64,000 nucleotides of DNA from Octopus vulgaris (GCA_951406725.2 OX597817.1:46004001-46068000), one strand, 5' to 3'; positions 40,923-55,042 are shown, numbered from the stretch's first letter. Notes: generated by a model not told the origin, from the letters alone. Translations and numbers: made by a program.

Positions 40923-41574
40923 ATAAGGGATGACCACTAAGTGGACATCCAATATGCTAGAAGAAGATCAGCTACGATCTAACCACAAAGAAAAGAATGT
41001 TCTCTAGAGAAATTCAGCAAACACCAGAAAATATGCGGGTAAGACAGATGAAAATATACAAAATGCAGTATTAATCGTAGAACTGTTTTGCCATAATCAA
41101 TTTTACTAACGTAATCATCGTCCGTGGACTCTTCAGTACGATCGTTCCAATTCAATATAATTTATAGAACTATACACGAGTTGTCCTCATAAAATTAGAC
41201 ATGTGTATAGTTCTACCGATTACATTGGGGTTATTTTCAAATGTCTAAGTTTTGGCGCACCAAATCCCGGAAGCAGTTCCGCAGTAAATAATTCCCTGCA
41301 GTTAATGTTGCCGGTTAGAGAACATAATTATTTAAAATTTAAATAATGAGGGTGATAAATTGAATATTAATTTAATTAACAGCAATTTAAAACCAGTAGC
41401 CTAGCTTATAGAAAAATCTGAAAATTCAGAAAAATTGTTATACATGCGTATAATAAGGGAAGACCGCTAAGTGGACATCCAATATTTTGTATATTTTGTA
41501 TATTTTCATCTGTCTCACACGCTTATGTTTGCTGAATTTCTCTAGAGAATATTGTTTTCTTTGTGGTTACATCG
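40923..41574 (-). mobile_element. 530-bp monomer with 33-bp terminal redundancy, inverted partial copy and hammerhead (retrozyme/pseudo-LTR-like)
   Basis: ATAAGGGA.GACC.CTAAGTGGACATCCAATAT at 40923 and 41453; 41486-41574 is an inverted copy of 40972-41064. Confidence 0.75.
41074..41142 (-). ncRNA. Hammerhead motif with G12A change
   Basis: Minus: ATCGTA-CTGAAGA-GTCCA...TGGC-AAAA-CAGT-TC-TACGAT; perfect 6-bp stem I. Confidence 0.65.
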
Positions 41575-41885
41575 GGCCGACCAAAACCTTGTGAGTGGAT
41601 TTGGTAGACGGAAACTGAAAGAAGACCGTCGTATATATGTATATATATGTATGTGTGTATATGTTTGTGTGTCTGTATTTATCCCTCCCCAACATCGATT
41701 GACAACCGATGCTGGTGTGTTTACGTCCCCGTAACTTAGCCGTTCGGCCAAAGAGACCGATAGAATAAATACTAGGCTTCCAAAGAATAGGACCTGGGGT
41801 CTATTTACTCCACTAAAGGCAGTGCTCCAACATGGCCACAGTCAAATGACTGAAGCAAGTAAAAGATTAAAAAGGATTAAAGAGA
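41574..41885 (+). mobile_element. SINE family C, 5'-truncated
   Basis: GGCCGACCAAAACCTTGTGAGTGGATTTGGTAGACGGAAACTGAAAG ... GTCAAATGACTGAAGCAAGTAAAAGA. Confidence 0.85.
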
Positions 41886-43245
41886 GATTATTGAGTCCTG
41901 ATTATAATATTTAGGAAAATACTTCAGACTGTTTCAGTTTTATTTAGATTCCTAAATTTGAATAATTTATTCGGGAAAGCAATGGAATATAACTATCTAT
42001 TATTTCATTATATCATGTTCATGAAATAAAACCTGTTCCGACTTTAATCCACACTTTTGTTTTTTTTATCTCTGTAATATTTCACAAAGTAATAAATCAC
42101 AATTGTCACCAAATCCGTGGCTTCCTACTGAGACTTGTGAAATATATTCTGAATCTTCGGCTAGCAACCACAGGGACAAGCTTCACATATACATATTCTT
42201 GTTACTGTTTGCAATTATAGATTGTTTGTATAAATTGACGGCATGCGAGGCCTGTTACATAATACATCTTCAACAATAACACCAGAATAAAACACACATA
42301 CACACGCAATCACATACATACAAATTAACATATGTATATATTACCCTCTCGCTATAGCGGCAGCAGCTGTAAAGGAATGGACGCCATTATGTAAATCCTT
42401 ATAATTTTCATACAGCATTTCATTGAGACAACAGGAGGACAAACACTTACATATAGTATTAAATCAATTATAAAAACATGTTACATAACCGTAAGCATAC
42501 AGATATTTGACGAAGGAAAATATGGTTCTTGACACTCTTTACAGCTGTTTCAAAAACAAAGTGGATGCTTCTCGTATTAATCTGTATTGCGCAGCAGGCA
42601 TTATTAGTATTGTAATACACATTAAAAAGGTAGAATTTCTTATCAACATTAACAGTATTAGCACACAGACATGAATCTGTCGAAACGGGACGTGTCTAAG
42701 AGTCGATTTTTCTCTTCAGTAGAAGTTGCCACCACACTACAATAACATAACTAGTATATGTGTTCTTAGGAATTTGATGAGTATTATTGCATCAGCAATC
42801 AGACTGTATGTTTGCTTGCGTAATAAAGATTAATGTATCAATCACACGGAGATTTTCTGAAACAGATGTAAAGACTTTTTGAAGCGTCTATATTTTTTCT
42901 ATGCCAAATATATATATGATTACGCTTATGTTAATACAATTTATAAACAATTTTATCTCTTGTATGTGTGTCCAATTTTCCGCTGTCTATTATATAGTAG
43001 ATCCTTGTCTTTCTTCTTGCCAACTCTTGTTTGGCAGAACAATTTTTACCCGTATATATATATAGTATTATATCCTATAATATATGTTATATATGAATAT
43101 ACATGTATGTATAACGTACATACATGCTGACATATATACATGCATGTATCTCTCATTCTCTCTCTCTCCCCTCTCCGTGTATATATATATATATATATGT
43201 AAATATGTATGTATATATATATATATGTGTGTGTAAATATGTATG

Positions 43246-43286
<41 letters not shown>

Positions 43287-44212
43287 GTAAATATGTATGT
43301 ATATATATATATGTATGTAAATATGTATATATATATATATATAAATATGTATGTATATATATATGTTAATATATATATATATGTCTATATATATATGCAT
43401 TGATACAAGTATAGATATTTGATATATTATGAGCCATATCATACAAGTTACTGTTTTGTATTGATATTTTTCAAAGCACTGAATATCTATAAAAATACCA
43501 AAGAAAATGAACTGAGAAATTTTATGCCATAAGTTTTCCTGCATTTCTACGAAAGAAAAAATTGTTTAATTTATTTAGACACAAATGAATCTACCACAAC
43601 AAAAGCGCATCGGAATATTCGAAATTCTCTTTACTGCATCGCACTGTCACACAATATTCTTCACAAATAATAAATACTACAGCGATAATAAAAACTTTGA
43701 AATATATCAAGCTTTATTTTAAGTATTTTCAAGATAAAATACAAAATACAACTCTTAATTTTACGGTTATTGTACTATGTAATAATGTTAACTTCCTATG
43801 TAAGATTGTAAACAATATCGAAAGCATAACATGAAGCAGCTACATTCCTTGCAAGGAAATGGATGTGATGCATTTTTATAACCATAGTACAAAGAAATTG
43901 GAGAAGTAAAACTGCAGTGAAATTTGACTATTCAATGCATTGGGTGTATAATTTAATACACTGCAAAAGTATTCACAATTTCATATTCTCAAACACTTAA
44001 CAATAATGTCACATGTGTGTATATTATATAACTGAACCTGCAAGATGCTCTCTCTCTATATATATATATGAAATTGTGTACGTGCATATGTTCATGGGTT
44101 AATAATGCACACTACACGCACATAGAAAAACATACGCGTCCCATATTATTATATACTCATTTAGAAGGAATACGAAACATGTATAAACACATAAACACGC
44201 TGTAACACATAC

Positions 44213-44528
44213 ATTGTCATCGTGATCACCGTGACTAACCAGGCTATCAGATGTTGCTACGCATCGCTGGTCCCAATGCGCTTCGCATTGTTTTAGCCTT
44301 CGAATGACCCCACCCCGCTGGCAAAGCGAGCAGGCCAACAGAAGAAAGAGTGAGAGAAAGTTGTGGCGAAAGAGTGCAGCAGGGATCGCCACCACCCCCT
44401 ACCGGAGCCTTGTGGAGCTTTAGGTGTTTTCCCTCAATAAACACTCATAACGCCCGGTCTGGAAATAGAAACTGCGATCCTACGACTGCGAGTCTGCTGC
44501 CCTAACCACTGGGCCATTGCACCTCCAC
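44213..44528 (-). mobile_element. SINE family B head with alternative 3' tail
   Basis: Head as at 26786; the tail (44213-44330) differs from other family B copies. Confidence 0.8.
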
Positions 44529-44795
44529 GTAACACATACATACAACCACAAATATGTGTGTGGCCATATGTGTTCTTCTGTAATTAAAACTTTATACATT
44601 TTGTCTAACAATAACACGTTATGAGTTAGTCGCCGATGGGTTCATGCTTCAGTGAGCGACTACAGCGACTACGAAGTGTCGCGAGTTGAGTAACGTAGGT
44701 TTTCGGAATGTAACTCTTTGGTGTGAAATTCTGTTTTGAAATGAGAAAATCTCTTCCGGAAACCTTTCTAATGCATCTACAAGTCAATTTGAAAA

Positions 44796-45315
44796 TATTG
44801 GGTTGTCGGAAAGTTCTTGCCGATTTATAGTATCTTACCTTTCGACTTACTTTAGAACATGGTTGAGTCCATAAAATAGGATTTGACTACACCTCCATTT
44901 AGAGCACAGTTTAAGCTATCTTTTCATGGAAGAAGGTTTATGTTCTTATAACCTGTGTTAATTCTGTAACCCTTTAAAATGGAAGATAAGAAAGTTCATT
45001 TTCGGCACTTGATGCTTTGGGAACCAGACAAAAATTGCTGCAGCTCGGCTGGGATGTGTTACCCCACCCTCCATATTCACCAGATATTGCTCCTTCGGAT
45101 TTCCACTTATTCAGGTCTCTGCAGAATAGTCTTAATGGTAAAAATTTCAATTCCTTGGATGACGTAAAAAGATACCTTGATGAATTCTTTGCCATGAAAC
45201 CACCTCAATTCTGGGAAGAGGGTATTTTCAAGTTAAAGGAAAGATAGAGACGCTCTGTGCAACAAAATAGTTCATATTTGGTTGATTAAAAATGTAATGG
45301 CAAGTATTTATTGAC
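44796..45315 (+). mobile_element. Internally deleted mariner transposon
   Basis: TA-TTGGGTTGTCGGAAAGTTC left-TIR-like start; N-terminus MEDKKVHFRHLMLWE fused out of frame to C-terminus TRQKLLQLGWDVLPHPPYSPDIAPSDFHLFRSLQNSL...EEGIFKLKER; right TIR not seen. Confidence 0.9.
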
Positions 45316-46067
45316 AGCGTGTCAAGTAATATATCTCTTTTGAAAATGATCCTGAAAGTTAAACGTAATTATACTGCAAAATGGTTCCCTTTTTATGAGG
45401 TCATAAAAAAAAAGTATCTAAGTATTAATTTTGGCATCATATAAGTGTAAAGAAAGAGATAAAGATTAATCACGTCGCAGCAAAATTTATTCTTTTCCCA
45501 CTGCCTAAAGCAGAAACCTACTCACAGTAAAGGAAGATCGGTATGATAACTCTAATACTTCTCGAAAGTATGATGACACGTCACGAATCGGGAGTGGACG
45601 GCTTCGATTTCGAAACAAAAATAAAATGAATCGTAATTGTTGTCTCTTGTCACTACAACCACGATTTATGTCGGTTACAAATGCTGATGTGGACAACTTA
45701 CTAATTTTGTTTTTTAGTGGAATGTTCATCATTCTTCATGAGATTGTTCAATAACAACAGACGAACTTTGACGAGGTTAAGTAGGATGTCGCCAGCCGTT
45801 TGGAGTATGGAAGTATGGAAAAGGAAGTAAGGACAAAGAGGCATAAACAAAGGAACTTAGACGTTGTAGTACAACACTGCATGTATTTACGTATGAATGC
45901 TTCTCCGTTACTTTTCAAAAAACAAAAGAATCTCATTCCTTTACTGCTATATATCGACTCAGGATACTTATTCGTTCTCAAAATTAAATTCTACCTCCAA
46001 CTGTCATCGATTTCAGACGATAGAGAATATCGAAATACAACTTCCTGCAGGAACCCGCTGAAAACTA

Positions 46068-46315
46068 TTTCTTATTTCTGTATTGCCGACAAGGGGCTAA
46101 ACATAAAGGGGACAAACAAGAACAGACAAACGGATTAAGTCGATTACATCGACAGCAGTGTGTAACTGGTACTTTATTTATCGACCCTGTAAGGATGAAA
46201 GGCAAAGTCGACCTCGGCGGAATTTGAACTCAGAACGTAGCGGCAGACGAAATACCTATTTCTTTACTACCCACAAGGGGCTAAACACAGAGAGGACAAA
46301 CAAGGACAGACAAAC
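46068..46315 (-). mobile_element. SINE family A, partial dimer
   Basis: Same GACGAAATACCTATTTC junction at about 46250. Confidence 0.85.
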
Positions 46316-46860
46316 ATGACATCTAATTTTCTGGACATCTAACTGGGTGAGAGAAAGAGAGAGAGGGGGAGAGACAGAGAGAGAAAGAAAAGAGACAGAG
46401 TATGACATGAAAGAAAACTGGGACCGTTAATGCTATACATGAAATGAAATCACCTTCAAATAATGTATAACTAAGTCAAAGCGAGATAAACGGATAAAAT
46501 ATTTAAAATCCGGAAAAATGAAAGTAAATGAAGGCATATATACGCTGGAAGTGATTTATGCACCGTGTGTGTCTTATAGTAATTATTTAACTGGCAAAAA
46601 ATTAATTAAGCATTAAGCTTTAATAATTGCAAACGAAACATTCCTCTTCTTAATTAAACCGGCATTATATAGAATCATTAATAAACGTATTTTGAATAAA
46701 TTGTTTATCCCCATATGCCAGTGACAAATAATTATGCAAATTAAGTAAAGAAACACACTTTAATAATTATATTTAATTAAATAGAGAGTGCGAGGGATAT
46801 TTGAGGATATATTTGATAATTAAATAAACAACTCTAATCTAGCAAAAACCAAAGAAATTT

Positions 46861-47237
46861 GGATCTTTTCGGTTTGAACGGCAGTTTTTTTTTTCTAGCA
46901 GTGTCATATGAAATTGTCACCCACGACCTTAGTATCGATCTATTGCATTTCTATCTGTTTTAGGGTTAGGGGTAGTTAGGGTTAGGAGTGGGGGAAGGCT
47001 ATCTTTTTTTCTTCACAAATGTAAAAAAAAACCAATCTGTTTCTTAAACGAGGGACATATTCATACTGCACAGAATGTTTTTATCTCAACAGACGTCAGT
47101 GATTGGTTGAAATTGCAGAAATTGAAGAAAAACAACAACAAAGAGCTTACAAACTATAGAATTTTCTCAACAAAGCCAAGAGAAAATGATGTTTTATAAA
47201 CACATTCCACCAGTATACGTTCAAACCGAAAAGATCC
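46861..47237 (+). mobile_element. TTAGGG-containing MITE
   Basis: Same TIRs; flanks AGAAATTT / AGGAATTT (8-bp TSD, one mismatch). Confidence 0.87.
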
Positions 47238-47288
47238 AGGAATTTTCATAAATATGATTAAATATTCTTGATACGTTTTCTTAGGTGA

Positions 47289-47730
47289 TTACTCTATAAA
47301 TTTACCTCCTGCTTCAATGGCTGTCTCATTGCAGGATCGAAACCTTTGACTTAGCTTCATTACATGATCCTCATACATTTCGAACATGAACTGGACAATG
47401 AAGCAATTGTATTGTGGAGATGTCGATTTGTCTCTAATATCAACGATACTCCAAAACCTTTCGTTCAAGGCGTTTAGGTCTTTCGGGGCTGGAGGCCATA
47501 AGTTTGGTATTATATGATTGTAAAGATTGTCTGACATCCATATTGAGTGACGTGACTTTTGTGGGATATTGAGTCATGTTGAAACACGCATAGCGTTCCA
47601 CTGCGCACTTCCTCTGGGCAGGGGTTAACAGCTGTCATCACCACCTCAACATATTCAGCAGCATTGATTGTAAGATGTGAAAATATATAAGGAACCGTCA
47701 CATATCCGTCGTTACAAATTTGGTGTGAAT
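47289..47730 (-). pseudogene. Decayed Tc1/mariner-superfamily transposase (maT/DD37D-like)
   Basis: VFQHDSISHKSHVTQ, PNLWPPAPKDLNALNERFWSIVD, SQRFRSCNETAIEAGGKFIE* match FQQDxAPxH / WPPxSPDLNPLD / FRxRIEAVIEAxGxxIE. Confidence 0.75.
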
Positions 47731-47954
47731 CACTCTGGGAATAGCAGAAATATTGCATGTTTTTAATAGAAATTAAGACAAAATACCAGCATCCTTCATG
47801 AAGAAGCTCGCTTTGCAACCACATGTGTGGCCCTTTGAACAAGTGTTTTCCACTTCTGTCCTAGGCCGACTAATGTATTGTGGGTGAATATGGCAAACAG
47901 AATCTAAGTAGAAACAGGTTGTCTATTCATATAAAGATGTCCTTGTGTGTGTAT

Positions 47955-48137
47955 ATTTGGCGATTTTCTTTCTCCGTTTTCCCTTCTTTGGAATTTTCCT
48001 ATATATCTGATGACGAGCCCGGCTCCAAACGCGAAAACCTCTTTCTTTTCTTTTCTTTCCTGAGCATCCAAAAACACTGTACTTGTTCCACATCACGTTG
48101 TTGTTTTTTCTTGTTTGTGCTTGTTTGGATTGATTAT
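47955..48137 (+). mobile_element. Family G short element with decayed hammerhead-like motif
   Basis: CTGATGA-C-GAGC-CCG-GCTC-CAAA-CG-CG-AAAA at 48007-48037. Confidence 0.55.
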
Positions 48138-48170
48138 CTCTCTCTCTCTCCCTCTCTCTCTCTCTCTCTG

Positions 48171-48228
<58 letters not shown>

Positions 48229-48230
48229 TA

Positions 48231-48640
48231 GGCGCAGGAGTGACTGTGTGGTAAGTAGCTTGCTTACCAACTACATGGTTCCGGGTTCAGTCCTCCTGCG
48301 TGGCACCTTGGGCAAATGTCTTCTACTATAGCCTAAGACCGACCAAAGGCTTCAGAGTGGATTTGGTAGACAGAAACTGAAAGAAGCCCGTCGTATATAT
48401 ATGTGTGTGTATGGGTGTGTGTATGTGTGTGTATGTGTTTGTGTCTGTATTTGGTCCCCCCAACATCGCCTTCACAACTGATGCTGGTGTGTTTACGTCA
48501 CCGTAACTTAGTGGTTCGGCGAAAAAGACCGATAAAATAAGTACTATGTCTACAAAGAGTAATTTATGGGGCCAATTTGTTCCACTAAAAGCGGTGCTCC
48601 AGCATGCCCGCAATCAAATGACTGAAACAAATAAAGAATA
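48231..48640 (+). mobile_element. SINE family C (tRNA head, CORE-like domain), full length
   Basis: GGCGCAGGAGTGACTGTGTGGTAAG A box, GGTTCAGTCC B box, GTGGCACCTTGGGCAAATG CORE-like motif, internal (TG)n, tail CAAATGACTGAAACAAATAAAG. Confidence 0.88.
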
Positions 48641-51204
48641 TAAAAATGACATTTGAAAAAATCGCGTTTCTTTTCCGGTTCAGTGTATTTATTTTAATTG
48701 GAATTTTTAAATTCAGAGGACTACATCAACGAAAGCAAGAATGATTCATCTTATCTGATGTGCCAGTATCCTTCAGCTGCCTAGCAACTGCTACAAAATC
48801 ATAACAGTCATCCAGAATCTACTTCAATATCCTGCGCCGAACTGCCTAATTGGAATGTTCTTTACGGATGATCTCGGGGTAATTTGACATATTTCAGAAC
48901 ATGGCTTCCAATCGAAGAAGCCTAATTTTGTCCTTCTGTAAACTATTCGATACAGCTCTCAAACAAATATTTAACTTCCAGGGCATGTATGTAATTGGTA
49001 ATAATTACCGCAAGTTATTTATTTTATGCATTTACTAAACAGAATTTTCATTTCAGTTGTTTGTATACATACGCAGTCAGTACATCCCTCCTTAAAATAT
49101 ATAACGCAAATGATTCCATCGGTGTATTTGAGTTATTTCTATTATCTCATCCAATCTTTTTAGTATACAAATTGTACAGGAAAATCATCCTAGTAAATTA
49201 ATTTTCGTTTGTATTTAAAATATTACAATTGAACAAAGCAGGTTTTTGCACACTAGAATAAAATGTTGAGTTCACATGAGAGAGAAACGTGTCCACAGTT
49301 GTCCTTACTGGCAAATAATGATTTCAATTTCCCCATAGCATGTAAATTAATTCTAAAAGATTATTTCTCGTTTGCAAGATGATAACAATTATCGCTAAAA
49401 TGATTTGCTTTCTTTCTGTCTTTCAGAGAGGAATTTCAATGATTCCTCTTACATTTGTGAAATAAAATCGCTACCACTCACTATAAATTAAACTTACAAA
49501 AAAAAAAAAAAAAAAAAAAAGAAAAAAAATGATTTGATGAGAGAGATAGACAAGTGAAATTACAGAGTGGTTGTAATGCACAGAAATTTAATATAAAAAT
49601 TATGGTATCACATTTGCGTAAAATCAATCAAAAGCATATTTAGTTACAAATGTGTCAAGATGGAACATGAAAACAATTTTAATGATGGATCATTGTATTG
49701 GATATTGAAAGAATATGACAAAATGCCATTCTATTCTGAAAAGAGATGTTTTATTGTCTCTGTTACATTATTTAGCTGGTACAGGTAATACGTTTTATAA
49801 TGGAATTGTCCTTGAATTGCTGCCTTCAAATGAATAGAATGCTGAATTACAAGGAAAATATGGAGAAATGTCTTCTATCTTTATTACAACGAAAAAACAT
49901 TTAGTAATTATACGGCAACTTTGTAGAGGTATTTATTAATATGTAGAAATATGACAATTTGTACAACTTTATAGTAGCCATTTACGTATTTTACTAAGAA
50001 CTCAAAACACTATATGTTCACTATCCAGTGTTATGTTGGAGAGTGCAAGTCTGTTACATCGACCCCAGTGCTCAGCTGGTACTTATTTTGTCGACCTCAA
50101 AAGAATGAAAGGCAAAGTCGACATCGGCAGTACATAAAGACGGGCGAAATACTGCGAATGAGTTTGGCCGGCGTGCAAACTATTCTGCCAGCTCAGTGAC
50201 GTACGTTGCTTTATAATATTAAAAATGGTTAATAATGTCAAAACCCTAAATAATTTTAAAATTTGACCCGGATACTTTATAGTCTGAGTGAGCGAACGTA
50301 CATTATTATATAGAAGGGAAGGTAATGCTATGAAATAATGGTTATTCCATCATTGTATGTTTTCCTTTTATTTCTATTTCTTTCTTTTACTTTCTGTTCC
50401 TCTTGCACAAAATATCTAAAGGAGAGGAAATATGTTTAAAAATATAAGTAACGGAGTTTCTGAAATGAAAGATGTATTTTGAGCATTTGATAAGTATTTT
50501 AGGAAAGCAAGGTTTCTTTCAAAAGCTGAATTGCATCTCATTATACGAGTACCATTTTACGACTGCGCATTCTAATCAACACCATGATGCGAAAGGTTTG
50601 TCAATAACAGTTAGGAACGTCTATAAACACAGTAAGGAACAGTGCTTATACGTCATCACTTTCTAAAAGAATCAATGTAGCGTCAACAGCTAATATTATA
50701 TAACCGTATCTCTATGATTGCTATCAATAGCTGTCGGCCATAGCGATAGTTGCGGCAAATCTGACAACATACCAGCTATGGCGTTTTTATCGGCCACTTT
50801 GTGATGAAATGATGAAAAGCAGCCAGCGAAATATTTTTACCAGCGACCCAGATAGAGGCATATATAACAGAAACTTCCTCCATGAGAACAAGAAAACCAT
50901 GAGACCATAATTTCCTTTATCCAATTATAACGAATTATATAGTATTTTAAGTCAATTTACAACTAGGCCCATTTACTTTGCGAACACGTAGAAACATTCG
51001 AGTTGAGAGCTCATGTGTGTGTTCGTTTCATGTGCATTCGTACATCATTGCAGACCCATTTGCATGTCTTCAAACCTGTTGCTCAGTCATTCACACTTTA
51101 TCACGTGTTCGTTAATGCAGATTCACTTGTATGTAACGCTACAACATACAGTTACGTATACGCATTTACTTTGATACACTGACGGACACACAAACATATA
51201 TATG

Positions 51205-51262
<58 letters not shown>

Positions 51263-51282
51263 CGTGTGTATATGTGTACTTC

Positions 51283-51668
51283 GTGAGGTCAATGCTTGGA
51301 ATCTCATTGACAGAGCACCTCAGTAGCGAGGTCATCAGAGAGAAGTCCGGCGTGAGGGATGTCATCGTAGAATATACACGCAGCTAGTTTATATGGGCTG
51401 GACACGTCGCCCGATGTTGATGTGCTTGCGTCACTGTAACTTAGCGATTCGGTGAAAAGAGACGTATGTAGTTGTCGATTGGTACTCGCGCGTGCGGGAA
51501 CGACCACTCGGAAGGCCTCCACGACGGTGGAGTTACGATTTCAGGAGGGGCGACTAGGATCACGTGGATGAGAAAGGAACGATCCAGAGAGGAGTGGACA
51601 GCGTACTGTGACCAGCGGTGTCAAATGGACGCCTGACGGACTGGTCGGTCAAGGCGATCAAGGTGATA
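51283..51668 (+). pseudogene. RTE-clade LINE 3' end
   Basis: RSMLGISLTEHLSSEVIREKSGVRDVIVEYTRS*FIWAGHVAR then VVDWYSRVRERPLGRPPRRWS; interrupted by a SINE-derived segment at 51414-51468. Confidence 0.85.
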
Positions 51669-52549
51669 TAGCGTCTGTATATGTAATCACAGATGGCATA
51701 TACGTCCATTACCATTTTTTTTTTCACCTTTGATCACATTATTTGTTTACGTCTGACATCTCGGATGCGAAACGTCGTAACAAAACTCAGCGCTGGCTAT
51801 GATTTCTATAAAATATCTGTAGAGATAACAAGTAACGTGTAGCACACTGCTTAAGCAGTGCTGTGTTGACTTATAGAAACGTTCAATATTCTTCATAGTA
51901 TATTATGGTTGCATAACAAAACACTACGTACCTACAAACCATTAGAACGTACAGGTGTATAGGTACATTTTACAGAGGAACTTTGCAGAGCATTGATTTC
52001 TCATATGTACAATACACTAGTCACCTGTTTTCTGTTTATAGCCTTGATGTTCAAATCAAACATTCGTTTTATGCGTAACCTTAGCTTTATTTCATTATCA
52101 TCAATGAAGTTTGTCTGAGTTAAATGGATTTGCAGACCAGAGCCGATATAGTGTTACCACTTTGTGATAGTAATTGCGTAAAGCATATTTAACTATTATT
52201 TCGTGTTCAGTCACTTTTGATAAATTTATTAGTCAGTATAATGCCATCAAAAACGAACTCATGCAATAAAGTTCGGATTATACACAAACAATCTTAAATA
52301 TCAAAAAATTCGTTTCTAAATTATCTGCCTTTTTTTATTAAACGGAGAGACAAAACGATATATATAGACCTATAGACAAACATACATATTATACACAGCT
52401 CAAATTCCGTTTCTAACGTAGCATCTGCTCAGATATTCTAAATATGTTTATATATATATAAATGAAAATTAATATACATTACGTTTCAGACAGGAAAAGA
52501 GAAACAGAATGTCTAGGGACAGCCGATGCTGTGTGGCAAGAAACTGATG

Positions 52550-53790
52550 CAGTGTGGTAAGAAGCTGATAGTTTGTGGTTGCTTCCCAACCACAAGATTC
52601 TTAGTTTAATCCTATTGCCTGTCACCTCGGGCCGTGAATGTAGTAGACAGAAACTGAAAGACGCACGTTGTAAAAGGTGGCGAGCTGGCAGAAACGTTAC
52701 CATGCTGGTGAAATGCTTAGTGCTATTTCGTCTGCTGTTACGTTCTGAGTTCAAATTTCGCCGAGGTCGACTTTGCCTTTCATCCTTTCGGGTTCGATAA
52801 ATTAAGGACCAGTTACGCACTGGGGTCGATGTAATCGACTTAATCCCTTTGTCTGTGCTTGTTTGTTCTGTCTGTGTTTAGCCCCTTGCGGGTAGTAAAG
52901 AAAGAGGTATTTCGTCTATCTTTACGTTCTTATTTCAAATTCTGCCGAGGTCGACTTTGCCTTTCATCCTTTCGAGATCGATAAATTAAGTACCAGTTAC
53001 GCACTGGTGTCGATGTAATCGATTTAATACCTGTGTGTGTCCTTGTTTGTCCCCTCTATCTTTAGCCCCTAGTCGGCAATAAAGAAATAAGAAGCTGATA
53101 GTTTGTGGTTGCTTCCCAACCATAAGATTCCGAGTTTAATATTATTGCGTGTCACTTCAGACCGTGGATGTAGTAGACAGAAACTGAAAGGTGCACGTTG
53201 TAAAAGGTGGTGAGCTGGCAGAAACGGTAGCACGCCGGTGAAATGCTTAGTGGTATTTCGTCTGCCTTTACGTTCTGAGTTCAAATTCCGCCGAGGTCGA
53301 CTTTGCCTTTCATCCTTTCGGGGTCGATAAAGAAGTACCAGTTACGCACTGGGTCGATGTAATCGACTTAATCGGTTTGTCTGTCTTTGTTTGTTCCCTC
53401 TATGTTTAGCCCCTTGTGGACAGTAAAGAAATATTAAACTGAAAGATGCACGTTGTATGTATACGTGTGCGTGTGTGTGTGTATGTGTGGTGGGGTGCGT
53501 GTGTGTGTGTATGTGTGGTGGGGTGCGTGTGTGTAGCGTGTGCGTGCGTGCCGCCGTATAGTGTCTGTCTCCCACTTATGCTGACACATCAACACCGGCT
53601 CGACACATCACCACATCAACATCAGCTTGACAACCGGTGTTGATGTGCTTGCGTCACTATAACTTAGCGATTCGGTGAAAAGAGACATATGGAATAAGCA
53701 CCAAGCTTTAAAAATAAGTCCCCAAATTCTTCACAACGGTACCACTGCATGGCCTCAGTCTAGCGAAAGAAATAAGTTAAAAATGTAAAA
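52550..53790 (+). mobile_element. Composite cluster: SINE C split by SINE A copies, with local tandem duplication
   Basis: AGAAGCTGATAGTTTGTGGTTGCTTCCCAACC...CACGTTGTAAAAGGTGG occurs at 52560 and 53090, each followed by SINE A (52676-53090 dimer; 53206-53432); SINE C resumes at about 53437. Confidence 0.8.
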
Positions 53791-54577
53791 GACAACGATA
53801 TAGTTTTGAAACTGGTACAACTGAGACTACTTTTCTTGAAGCACGTATTTAAAACTCCCTCGCGAGGTGTTTTCTTTTTATTTGCATATCAGCGAAAATA
53901 ATTAATACCGATTTCCTTAGTTAATCGGTGCCATGGCGTCTATTGGATTCATAAATTCTCATTTCTTGTGTCGAGTTTCTGTAAGGGGATAAATAGATTT
54001 TCTGTAAGGCTTCAATTGTTTCTTTTATGACTTATGTACATGGGAATGCATATTCGATGACAAACGAAGCATCTTAAAATTATTGACCTTTTTATTGCAG
54101 ATACATTTTGATAAAATTGTGTCTTATCGTCGTTTTGTGATTCTTAATTCCATGATTTGTGGGAATAGCATTCTTTAAGGAAATTCTCAATAAGCCTAAT
54201 ATAATTTTGGGAATAGCAGGAATATTTGTAAGGTAGAAGTTTTTACATGAAACTGAAACTTATTACGAGACATTGGCCATGGATTTAGGTAATGGACATA
54301 AGAACTGTGAGATCTTGTTTCAAGGAACATGCTACAAAAGCACTAATACACTATTAAATTAATTTTAAAATACTTTTACCAAATGGGATGATACATTTAT
54401 GCTCAGGGAGGAACATATATTCAGAAAGTATCCAGCAATGTTAGAGAGGGCGTTTCAAATTAGAGGATTATTTTAATACAAAAGAAATAGCTTTAACTTT
54501 TTCTTTATAAATGTCCTGAAAATTCCACGCAGCCTTGGCTTTGTTATATCATTTTATTTAATAAATACACACGCACG

Positions 54578-54608
<31 letters not shown>

Positions 54609-54669
54609 ACTACTACTACTACTACTACTACTACTAATAATAATAATAATAATAATAATAATATATACA

Positions 54670-54902
54670 TGATCTCGAACCCCCAAGAGTATACAAGAGA
54701 AACAAAGAGAGGGAGAAACAAGGAAAATGCCGCTTGCATTTGAAGACTCTGCAAATATTCATTTTAAAATACTTTTCTGTTAATTTTACCAAAATTTAAT
54801 TGTTTTCCATACTTACAGTTGAAAAAGTCTCAATGACTGAAAACGGTACTGATATGATTCTTATAAAATTATTTTAGCATTTTCTATCTTGACATTTTTC
54901 TC
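54670..54902 (+). mobile_element. Family U short element
   Basis: Homologous to 11394-11645; followed by (TA)n. Confidence 0.7.
54816..54851 (+). ncRNA. Minimal type I hammerhead, U3-A8 core variant
   Basis: CAG-TTGAAAA-AGTC-TCAAT-GACT-GAAA-ACGG-TA-CTG (perfect stem II, palindrome mutated). Confidence 0.62.
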
Positions 54903-54943
<41 letters not shown>

Positions 54944-54970
54944 AAGACACTTCCATAGACACACACACGC

Positions 54971-55042
<72 letters not shown>

